This document shows, piece by piece, positions 37,037-44,962 of a DNA stretch of 64,000 nt (the first letter of the stretch is position 1; the number at the start of each line of letters is the position of its first letter). The stretch comes from Terriglobales bacterium (GTDB lineage: Bacteria; Acidobacteriota; Terriglobia; Terriglobales; Acidobacteriaceae), in assembly GCA_050746005.1 (NCBI GenBank), contig JBOGLC010000118.1, positions 28,465-92,464 on the forward strand. The letters run 5' to 3'. Below the pieces are notes generated by a model. It ran no database searches. It was not told where the DNA came from and saw only the letters and a program-made list of their open reading frames with translations. The position numbers were made by a program, and so were the translations under genes.

Positions 37037-37819
37037 ATGAACAAATTGCAATTTGGGAGATTTCCGCGGAAAACGTCTTTCGCGGTGGTGGCGATGCTGT
37101 TCATCTGCGCAGCCTGGCAACTTAATTCCAGCCTGCTTGCGCAGTCCTCCGGCGGTCCTCAGCGGAGCGAAAACGACGCCCTTCTCGAGAGCTATCGCCA
37201 CGTGGAGGTGGCTTCGGTTTCGGACGCCCTTGAGCAGCTGACCGGCCGGAAGATGTACCTGTCTCATAAGATGCAATCGATTTTTCCGGCCAAATTCGCG
37301 GGGTTCGCGCTCACCGTCAAGTTGAGCAAGGATGAGGGCAACAAGGATCCCAAGGCGTTAAGCGGCATGCTGGCGGCCATCGATCAGGGATCGCAGAATT
37401 CGGTGTGGGTGATGGTGGTCGAAGACGGAGCCGACATCGCGGGAATGGGCGGACTGATGGGAACGGCCATGTCAGCCCGGGGATATTCCGGCGCGATCAT
37501 CGATGGCGGCGTGCGCGATGTTGGGCAGCTGCGCAAGATCGGTTTTCCGGTTTACGCCACCGGCATCGTTCCTTCAACTTCAGTGAGCCACTACCGCTTT
37601 GCCGGGGCAAATATCCCGGTAACCTGCGATGGTGTCGAGGTCGAGCCCGGCGACATTGTGGCCGCCGACGGGGATGGTGTCGTGATCGTGCCGCGCGCCA
37701 AGGCCGCGGAGGTTCTGGCGTTGGCCCAGGACATGGACTTCAAAGAGCATTCCATGTACTCGATTATCGAGAAATACAAATCCATTCAGGAAGCGGTCAA
37801 ACGGTTTGGCCGGTTGTGA
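37037..37819 (+). CDS. exported RraA-fold protein (HMG/CHA aldolase / oxaloacetate decarboxylase family)
   Basis: AGGAGG RBS at 37026. Signal peptide 'TSFAVVAMLFICAAWQLNSSLLAQ'. 'GGLMGTAMSARGYSGAIIDGGVRDV' and 'GDIVAADGDGVVIVP' motifs. The track ORF start (36764) was trimmed. Confidence 0.8.
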   Translation: MNKLQFGRFPRKTSFAVVAMLFICAAWQLNSSLLAQSSGGPQRSENDALLESYRHVEVASVSDALEQLTGRKMYLSHKMQSIFPAKFAGFALTVKLSKDEGNKDPKALSGMLAAIDQGSQNSVWVMVVEDGADIAGMGGLMGTAMSARGYSGAIIDGGVRDVGQLRKIGFPVYATGIVPSTSVSHYRFAGANIPVTCDGVEVEPGDIVAADGDGVVIVPRAKAAEVLALAQDMDFKEHSMYSIIEKYKSIQEAVKRFGRL

Positions 37820-37859
37820 ATTGTGGGGGGGCAGGCTCGACGGTCCTGCATTCTGCACA

Positions 37860-38603
37860 CACTCCGGTGGTGTCAGCGGACAAGCTTGCAGGCATCCTTA
37901 GGCTGCGCAGCTTCGCGAACCGAAGCAGCTACTCCGCAAAGCGGACGACAAGCAGTTCCAGGGACTGATGCCACCGTTGTTTGCCGCGGTATCGAAATAG
38001 CGTCTGCCGCCGACTTTTGCAGTCGTCATCCTGAGCGAAGGACCTATGCATTTCGCCGCCACCAGCACTTGCGCGTGTGAAGTAACAGAAGATTCAGATC
38101 AAGCAAGGTTTGGAGCACTGCGGGCGAAAAGCCAATGCAAAGGTCCTTCGTCGGGACCCTTCGCGTAGCGAAGGGTTCCGCTTCCTCAGGATGACAGCGT
38201 ATTTCGCTCGCACTCCGGGGATATCAGCGCACAAGCTTGCAGGGATCCCTCGGCTGCGCAGCTTCGCAGCCGAAGCAGCTACTCCGCAAAGCCGATGACA
38301 AGCAGTTTCAGGGACTGATGCATTCACCGTTGTTTGCCGCGATATCGAAATAGCGCCTGCCGCTGACTTTTGCAGTCTGTCATCCTGAGCGCGGTCTTGC
38401 CTCCCGCCCAGCGGGAGGCAAGCAAGCGAAGGACCTGTGCATTTCGCCGCCATCAGCAGTTGCGTGTGTGTAGTAACAGAAGGTTCAGATCAAGCAAAGT
38501 TTGGAGCGCTGCGAGCGAAAAGGCCAATGCAAAGGTCCTTCGTCGGGAACCCTTCGCGTAGCGAAGGGTTCCGCTTCCTCAGGATGACAGCATGTTTCGC
38601 TCG
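37860..38603 (+). repeat. tandem duplication of a composite REP-rich unit (copy 1: 37860-38210, 351 bp; copy 2: 38211-38603, 393 bp)
   Basis: Both copies start CACTCCGG..CAAGCTTGCAGG and end CCTCAGGATGACAGC.T.TTTCGCTCG. Copy 2 carries an extra insert of roughly 40 bp (by eye) containing the perfect hairpin CTTGCCTCCCG-CCCAG-CGGGAGGCAAG. Confidence 0.85.
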
Positions 38604-38638
38604 CGGCGTCTGCTGAGCTGACGAAGCCTGGTTTGTCG

Positions 38639-38820
38639 GGTAGCGGCTGAATTTGAAATGCAACTTCCAAAGGGTGCCATCTAAAGGGTGTCATCCTGAG
38701 GGACTTTAGTCCCGAAGAGCCTGCCCTGAGCGAAGTCGAAGGGATCTTGCGTGCCGCTGCGCGATGCCTGGCCTTGTTCGTATCCGCTGGGCGCAAGATG
38801 CTGCGCAAGCTCAGCGTCAC
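38639..38820. repeat. REP cluster: family A' unit with 5' extension (38639-38747, +) and family C unit (38795-38820, -)
   Basis: GTCATCCTGAGGGACTTTAGTCCCGAAGAGCCTGCCCTGAGCGAAGTCGAAGGGATCT. The extension GGCTGAATTTGAAATGCAACTTCC is mirrored at 62660-62687. Confidence 0.8.
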
Positions 38821-38989
38821 GCCCACGGAACGCAACGGTCACAAACTCAGCCGCTACCGTTTGTCATTAGTGATTGCTTTCCTGTAATTTTAGTTGGATA
38901 ATTTCGCTTCATTAAATCGATTCAGTTGCTCGCGCGCAGGCACAGCTTTGCTGTGTCAGGGAGCGAATTCGAGTATCCAATAAAACCTG

Positions 38990-40645
38990 ATGCGGATTGC
39001 CACTAAAAAGCGAATGGGGCGAAGGAAGGCGCTGGCGCTCGCCGCGGTTCTGGGATGTGTGATGTTGGCAGGCTTCTCGGATTTGCCCCGGGAGACAAGT
39101 TCGGTTGCGATCGACGTGCCTCCCGGCGAACTGACCGCCTCTCCGCCGGGAGCAAACTGGCTCTCCTATAACGGGGATTTTACCGGGCGCCGCTTCAGCG
39201 GCCTGTCCCAGATCAATCTCGCCAATGTCGGCCAGTTGCGGGCGCAATGGATTTTCCATTCCAGCAATTCGAACCGGTTGGAGGTGACGCCGGTGGTGGT
39301 AAACGGCGTGATGTTCGTGACCTCGGCGAATGATACTTTTGCGTTGGATGCACGCACCGGGCGAGTGATCTGGCATCACGAGTGGCCGATCTCGGCCGGG
39401 CTAATAGACGATGCGTCGGGGCATCTCAGCCGCGGGGTTGCGGTGTGGCACTCGCGAGTGTACCGGCAAACCGATAATGCGCATTTGCTCTGCCTGGACG
39501 CGCGCTCCGGGCATTTGCTGTGGGACGTGGCTTATGCCGACTGGAATCCGAATTACGGTGCGACCGGCGCGCCCCTGGTGGTAAATGACAAAGTGATCGT
39601 AGGCACTTCCGGCGGAGACGACGGGGTCCGCGGTTTTGTGGCGGCGTTCGATGCGGCCACAGGCAAGCTGGCATGGCGTTTCTGGACCCTTCCCGCTCGA
39701 GGGGAATTCGGCTCGGAGAGCTGGCCGGGAGATATGTACCTGCACGGCGGCGGCACCACCTGGATGCCGGGCACCTACGATCCTGAAACCAACACGCTGT
39801 TTTGGACGACCAGCAATCCAAGTCCGGATTTCGACGGCAAGGTACGTCCGGGCGACGACCTGTATACCTGTTCGGTGGTGGCGCTCGATCCGGGCACGGG
39901 GAAATTGAAGTGGCACTTCCAGTTCACGCCCCATGATCTGTTCGACTTCGATGCTACCGAAACCCCGATGCTGATCGACCAGGTTTACCAGGGTAAGCCG
40001 CGCAAACTTCTGGTGCAGGCAAACCGCAACGGGTTTATTTATGTGCTGGACCGGACCAACGGAAAGTTTCTGTCCGCTGCCCCGTTCGTGAAGAACCTGA
40101 CCTGGGCGAAGGGCATTGACGTGCAAGGCCGTCCGATCCGGTCCGGGCTCGAACCTGCTCCCAACGGGACCCGGATATGCCCCGGTTTCAATGGCGCGAC
40201 CAACTGGCACGCGCCGTCCTATAACGAGTCGACCCATTTCGTTTACTTCATGGCGCTGGAAGACTGCGAGATTTTCTATACCAAGCCGCAGCAATTCGAA
40301 GAAGGAAAGACTTACTATTCCACGGGCACGAAGCGGATTCCTTCGGAACTTTCGCAGAAGATTCTTCTGGCTTACGACCTGGACAACCAGTCGTTCGCGT
40401 GGCGTTATCCTCAGGTGGGCCGCGCGCACTCCGCCGGGGGGACCATGACCACAGCTTCGGGCCTGCTTTTCTTCGGCGATGATGCGCAATCGTTCGAGGC
40501 CGTGGATGCCCGGACGGGAAAGCCTCTCTGGCATTTCAATACCGGGCAGGATTTCTCGGCGTCGCCGATGAGCTATGCCGTTTCGGACAAGCAGTACGTG
40601 GCGGTCGCTGCGGGAAGTGATATTTTCAGTTTTGCATTGCCATGA
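38990..40645 (+). CDS. exported PQQ-type eight-bladed beta-propeller dehydrogenase (methanol/ethanol-family-like, no cytochrome domain)
   Basis: Signal peptide 'RKALALAAVLGCVMLAG'. Repeated AxDxxTGxxxW blades ('ALDARTGRVIW', 'CLDARSGHLLW', 'AFDAATGKLAW', 'ALDPGTGKLKW', 'AVDARTGKPLW'). Confidence 0.85.
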   Translation: MRIATKKRMGRRKALALAAVLGCVMLAGFSDLPRETSSVAIDVPPGELTASPPGANWLSYNGDFTGRRFSGLSQINLANVGQLRAQWIFHSSNSNRLEVTPVVVNGVMFVTSANDTFALDARTGRVIWHHEWPISAGLIDDASGHLSRGVAVWHSRVYRQTDNAHLLCLDARSGHLLWDVAYADWNPNYGATGAPLVVNDKVIVGTSGGDDGVRGFVAAFDAATGKLAWRFWTLPARGEFGSESWPGDMYLHGGGTTWMPGTYDPETNTLFWTTSNPSPDFDGKVRPGDDLYTCSVVALDPGTGKLKWHFQFTPHDLFDFDATETPMLIDQVYQGKPRKLLVQANRNGFIYVLDRTNGKFLSAAPFVKNLTWAKGIDVQGRPIRSGLEPAPNGTRICPGFNGATNWHAPSYNESTHFVYFMALEDCEIFYTKPQQFEEGKTYYSTGTKRIPSELSQKILLAYDLDNQSFAWRYPQVGRAHSAGGTMTTASGLLFFGDDAQSFEAVDARTGKPLWHFNTGQDFSASPMSYAVSDKQYVAVAAGSDIFSFALP

Positions 40646-40698
40646 AACTTCGCTATGGAACGAATGACGAAGGCAATCAAACTCCAGGGAGACCGATC

Positions 40699-41199
40699 AT
40701 GACCTCGACGTTCTTCAATCGTAGAAAGCTGATGACTTCGCTGGCTGCGATAGTGTCGGCCGTGGGCGCCGGAACATTGATATCCACTCGCGCCCAGGCC
40801 AAAAGCAAGGACGGCGGGGTGCGCAAGCTCAACCGCGATGGCAAGCCGGCTGACGGAAAGCAGATGATCACCGCGCTGATTACACACAACGGCCTGCTTT
40901 ACATTGCCGGCCAGGGCGCAAACTCGAATGGACCCGTGGGCAAAGATGACATCGACAGCCATACCACGAAAGTGATGGAGAATGTGAAAGAGCTGGTTGA
41001 AGCTGGCGGCGGTACTATGGATAGTGTGCTGCAGCTGACGGTTTATCTTGCCAATCTGGAGTATTACGATCCCATGAACAAGATATTCAAAACTTACTTT
41101 CCCAATGGTGGACCGGCGCGCACCACAGTGGCGGTGGCCGCGCTCCCGGGGAACTCCATGTTGGAAATTAATTGCATTGCAGCGATCGTCCGCAAATAA
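40699..41199 (+). CDS. Tat-signal RidA family protein (second copy)
   Basis: 'MTSTFFNRRKLMTSLAAIVSAVGAGTLISTRAQA' has a twin-Arg plus an h-region. RidA core 'GLLYIAGQG...PARTTVAVAALP...LEINCIAAIV'. The alternative start 40642 would overlap the PQQ gene stop. Confidence 0.75.
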   Translation: MTSTFFNRRKLMTSLAAIVSAVGAGTLISTRAQAKSKDGGVRKLNRDGKPADGKQMITALITHNGLLYIAGQGANSNGPVGKDDIDSHTTKVMENVKELVEAGGGTMDSVLQLTVYLANLEYYDPMNKIFKTYFPNGGPARTTVAVAALPGNSMLEINCIAAIVRK

Positions 41200-41254
41200 A
41201 GGCTGCCATTTACGCCTGCGGGCAACAACTGCGGGACGAAACAAGGAGGAAATC

Positions 41255-42502
41255 GTGCAACTGGGAACGGAGTGGAACCGCAGAAGCTTTCTGGGAACAT
41301 TGGGAATGATTGCCGGTTCGATGATGGCGCCGGGAAAACTTTTCGCGGCAAAAGCGGGCGCCAAGGTCAGCGGCTTCGGACAAACTGGAAATCCGTACGA
41401 AGAGCTGGGAGTTGCCACGGTTATCAATTGTGAAGGCACCATGACCATGCTGGGCGGTTCCGTCCTGCGCCCGGAACTGGAAGCCGTGATGGCCCAGGCC
41501 GCGCGCCACTTTATCAGCATTCCCGAGTTGGAGGTGGCGGCGGGCAAGCGCATCGCGGAAATGCTCAAGCTGCCGGAGGGAAACACCGCGCTGGTGACGG
41601 CGGGCGCGGCGGCGGCGATCCAGTCCGGGCTGGCAGGAATTCTTACCGGCGACAATGAAACCTACATCAAGCAACTGCCGGACCTGACCGGAATGAAGTC
41701 GGAAGTCATCATCCAGAAGACCCATCGCAACCCGTTTGACCATCAGCTCCGCACCACGGGCATAAAGCTGATTGTGATCGAAACCCGCGATGAGTTGCGG
41801 CAGGCGATCGGCCCGCGCACCGCCATGATGCACTTCTCCAACTTTGCCAACGCCGCCGGACAGATCAAAGTGGATGAGTGGCTGAACCTGGCCAAGGAAT
41901 ACAAAATTCCGTGCATGAACGACGCGGCTGCCGACACGCCGCCGGTCTCCCATCTTTGGGAGTACACCAACATGGGCTATGACCTGGTGACTTTCAGCGG
42001 CGGCAAAGCCATGCGCGGTCCGCAGTGCGCCGGATTACTGATCGGGCGCCAGGACCTGGTGGCCAACGCATTGCTGAACAACAGTCCGCACGAGGACACC
42101 TTGGGGCGCAGTTCAAAAGTAGGCAAGGAAGAAATTGTCGGGATGGTCAAGGCCCTGGATCTCTATCTCAAAGAAGACCACGATGCCTTGGCAAAAGAAT
42201 GGCAACGCCGGCTGGATTTGATATCCAAGCACATCACGCGCGTGCCGGGCGTCAGTACAGATTTTTTCACTCCTGACATCGCGAATCACGTGCCCCATAT
42301 GCAGATCACGTGGGACGAGGCAAAGATTTCCCTGACTCCGAAGCAGGTCTCCCAACTTTTGCGCCAGTCCAAGCCGGCAATCGTGATGGGAGGAGGCGAA
42401 GGGAAGCCGGGCATGGCCATGAACTCCTTCATGCTGCAACCGGGAGAAGACAAGATCGTCGCTGCACAGCTCACCAGGATTTTCCGCGAGCACGTTGCGT
42501 GA
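41255..42502 (+). CDS. Tat-signal SelA/DgaE-like PLP-dependent enzyme
   Basis: AAGGAGGA RBS and a GTG start. 'WNRRSFLGTLGMIAGSMMAPGKLFAA' is a twin-arginine motif. 'FSGGKAMRGPQCAGLLIG' matches the SelA-family PLP-Lys motif (FSGDKLLGGPQAGII in E. coli SelA). Confidence 0.75.
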   Translation: MQLGTEWNRRSFLGTLGMIAGSMMAPGKLFAAKAGAKVSGFGQTGNPYEELGVATVINCEGTMTMLGGSVLRPELEAVMAQAARHFISIPELEVAAGKRIAEMLKLPEGNTALVTAGAAAAIQSGLAGILTGDNETYIKQLPDLTGMKSEVIIQKTHRNPFDHQLRTTGIKLIVIETRDELRQAIGPRTAMMHFSNFANAAGQIKVDEWLNLAKEYKIPCMNDAAADTPPVSHLWEYTNMGYDLVTFSGGKAMRGPQCAGLLIGRQDLVANALLNNSPHEDTLGRSSKVGKEEIVGMVKALDLYLKEDHDALAKEWQRRLDLISKHITRVPGVSTDFFTPDIANHVPHMQITWDEAKISLTPKQVSQLLRQSKPAIVMGGGEGKPGMAMNSFMLQPGEDKIVAAQLTRIFREHVA

Positions 42503-42591
42503 GCGATCGCAGACGCCGGGGTACAGTTCCTCGCCGGATTCCCGGTGGAATGAAGGGTCGCATTGTTGGAAAACGCCCGGCGAAGGAGTTC

Positions 42592-43506
42592 TTAGTTCTC
42601 CGGCATGCGCCTGGCCGATCCTTTTTTCGCCAGCCACTGATTGAACTGCTCGACCATCTCCCGGGTCCACTTCGCGTCAATTTGCCCCGGCGTGTATTTA
42701 CCTTCGCGCAGCATCATGTGGCCCCATTCGTCCACCAGACGGTCCATTTCCGTGTCGTCAGCGACTTTCTGCGCCAACTGCGGAGGAATAAACGTAATGC
42801 CTTCCGGGTCGCCGACCGCGATGTCGCCGGGCATGATGGTAGTGTCGCCGATGCGGATGGGGACGTTGATGCCGGTGAGCATGACATTTTCCAGCGCGGA
42901 AGGATCAACCCCGCGAACATAAACCTCAAAGCCCGGAATCTGCTGAATTCCAGTCACATCACGCACCGAGCCATTGACGATCAGGCCGTTGTGACTCTTG
43001 GCGAAGATGGCGGTGGAAAGATTGTCGCCGGCAAATGTGCCGTATCTGATTTTGCCGAACAGATCGACTACCAGCACGTCTCCGGGCTGAAGGATGTCGA
43101 TGACCCAGGAGTTTTCGTCTCCGATACGGCGTTCCTTTTTTCCGTTGGCGCGAATCACGGAATCGACATCCGGGCGTCGGGGCATGAATACGGCGGTGAC
43201 GACGCGCCCGACCAGCCGATCTCCGCGATTGAGCACTTTCCATCCGCCCTCGAACTGGTTACGAAAGCCGGCTTCCTGCAGCACGTCCCAGGCTTCGTCC
43301 GCAGTGACGCTCTTCAGTCGCTGCAATACGGCGTCGGGTACCTGTGGCCGGCCGTCAGGAAAACGGTCGCCGTGCCATTCCGGGGTGAACGCAATTCGCT
43401 GCTCGGAGGAAAACAGCCCGAGCTGTCCGAATCCGGAAATCGCGATAGTGACTACTGCCAGCGTGGCAGCCATGAAGCGAAGCGAGTGAAAGCGACTTTT
43501 GTGCAA
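42592..43506 (-). CDS. exported RraA-fold protein (second, longer copy)
   Basis: Signal peptide 'LRFMAATLAVVTIAISGFG'. 'GDNLSTAIFAKSHNGLIVNGSVRDV' and 'GDIAVGDPEGITFIP' motifs. An extra C-terminal ~60 aa. Confidence 0.75.
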   Translation of the reverse strand: MHKSRFHSLRFMAATLAVVTIAISGFGQLGLFSSEQRIAFTPEWHGDRFPDGRPQVPDAVLQRLKSVTADEAWDVLQEAGFRNQFEGGWKVLNRGDRLVGRVVTAVFMPRRPDVDSVIRANGKKERRIGDENSWVIDILQPGDVLVVDLFGKIRYGTFAGDNLSTAIFAKSHNGLIVNGSVRDVTGIQQIPGFEVYVRGVDPSALENVMLTGINVPIRIGDTTIMPGDIAVGDPEGITFIPPQLAQKVADDTEMDRLVDEWGHMMLREGKYTPGQIDAKWTREMVEQFNQWLAKKGSARRMPEN

Positions 43507-43565
43507 GGGTCACCCACATGGAGATCAGAGTTCGAGCCGTTGGGGAAAATATCACAACGCCCTCC

Positions 43566-44915
43566 ATGCAACAACACCTTGGTCGCCGAGGAACAACGGT
43601 GAACGGCGCCCGAACTAGCTACGTGCGCTGGTTTCTGGTGGGCTGGATGTTCATCCTGAGCGCGGTCTCATACCTCGACCGCGTGAATATTTCGGTGGCC
43701 GGCCATTCCATCGCCGAGGAATACGGGCTGAGCAATGTGCAACTCGGCTACGTGTTCAGCGCGATGCTGATCGGCTATGCATTGTTCCAGACCGTGGGCG
43801 GAAGGCTCGCCGACCGCTTTGGTCCGCGCCGCGTGCTGACAGGGGGAGTTGTATGGTGGGGAATCTTCACCGGGCTGACGGCGCTGGTGCCTTCGAGCAT
43901 CCGCGGGGCTCTGTTCGTATTCATCGCCATCCGTTTTCTGCTCGGCGCCGGCGAGGCCGTGGTCTATCCCGCCTCGAATCAATTCGTGGCGCGATGGATT
44001 CCGGCGCAGGAGCGCGGCGTTGCCAACGGCTGGATTTTCGCCGGCGTGGGCGCCGGCGCCGGCCTTTCACCGCCGTTGATCACGTACTTCATGCTGCATT
44101 ATGGCTGGAGAGCGTCGTTCTGGGCATGCGCCATCATCGGCTTGGTCGCAGGAATGGTGTGGTATCTCACGGCGCGCGACGATCCCGCGGAGCATCCTCG
44201 CGTATCTGCATCGGAGCTGGCGACCATTCAGTCGGGACTGCCGATCAAAACCGATTCGGAAGGAAAAGGCGGCGGGCTCGTCCCCTGGGGAATCGTGTTC
44301 CGAAGCAGGGAAGTATGGGCGGTGACCGCCAGCTATTTCAGTTTCGGATATGTGGCCTGGATTTTCTTCAGCTGGTTCTTCATCTACCTGGCGCAGGTGC
44401 GCGGACTGAATCTGAAGGCGAGTGCGTTCTACGCCATGCTTCCGCCTATCGCAATGTCAGTCTGCAGCCTGTTGGGCGGCGGCGTCAATGACCGGCTGAC
44501 CAGGTGGCATAGCCCCCGTTTGGGACGGTGCGGCCTGGCCGCATTCGGCCTGGCTGTGGCCGGGATATTTATCGCCTGCGGTTCCCAGGTTGACAGCGCT
44601 CGTGTGGCCAGTGTTGTGCTTGCGGGCGGAGCGGGAGCGCTGTATCTGGCGCAGAGTTCGTTCTGGTCGGTGACGGCGGACATTGCCGGAAAATCGTCCG
44701 GATCGGTTTCCGGCTTCATGAACATGGGAGCGCAGATTGGCGGGGCCGTCACTGCGTCGCTCACGCCGGCGATCGCGGCGCGCTTTGGCTGGACGGCGTC
44801 ATTTCTGGTGGCCGCGGGGTTGTGTTTTCTGGGAGCGGCGGCCTGGCTGATGGTCGATCCCACACGGGTGTTGAGCGCTTCTGCGCTGAGAGCGGACGAA
44901 CTCCCACGACGGTGA
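43566..44915 (+). CDS. MFS transporter, ACS (anion:cation symporter; hexuronate/aldonate-type) family
   Basis: 'RWFLVGWMFILSAVSYLDRVNISVAG' and 'GGRLADRFGPRRVL' are typical ACS-family motifs. Start ambiguous (43518, 43566 or GTG 43599). Confidence 0.8.
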   Translation: MQQHLGRRGTTVNGARTSYVRWFLVGWMFILSAVSYLDRVNISVAGHSIAEEYGLSNVQLGYVFSAMLIGYALFQTVGGRLADRFGPRRVLTGGVVWWGIFTGLTALVPSSIRGALFVFIAIRFLLGAGEAVVYPASNQFVARWIPAQERGVANGWIFAGVGAGAGLSPPLITYFMLHYGWRASFWACAIIGLVAGMVWYLTARDDPAEHPRVSASELATIQSGLPIKTDSEGKGGGLVPWGIVFRSREVWAVTASYFSFGYVAWIFFSWFFIYLAQVRGLNLKASAFYAMLPPIAMSVCSLLGGGVNDRLTRWHSPRLGRCGLAAFGLAVAGIFIACGSQVDSARVASVVLAGGAGALYLAQSSFWSVTADIAGKSSGSVSGFMNMGAQIGGAVTASLTPAIAARFGWTASFLVAAGLCFLGAAAWLMVDPTRVLSASALRADELPRR

Positions 44916-44933
44916 GCATTGGTGGAGCTTTTC

Positions 44934-44962
44934 GCACGAGCGCGGGCGCTCGCGCCTACATT
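44934..44962. repeat. Family B repeat, single arm
   Basis: GCACGAGCGCGGGCGCTCGCGCCTACATT between the convergent MFS and MBL genes. Confidence 0.7.

Noticed and set aside
37860-38603. Possible CRISPR array or coding repeat.
   Set aside because: The repeat units are ~350-390 bp with no short unique spacers and no cas genes nearby. The ORFs across it (37823-38080, 38094-38453, 38485-38835) are built from REP hairpins. It is therefore classified as a tandem REP-composite duplication.
39401-41655. Two long minus-strand ORFs (39401-40534 and 40573-41655) opposite the PQQ, RidA and PLP-enzyme genes.
   Set aside because: The plus-strand products have strong family motifs, signals and RBSs. The minus-strand translations are Arg-rich with no motifs.
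42310-43602. 430-aa plus-strand ORF overlapping the second RraA-like gene.
   Set aside because: The minus-strand frame gives a signal peptide plus the GSVRDV and GD..VGD RraA motifs, while the plus-strand frame has none.
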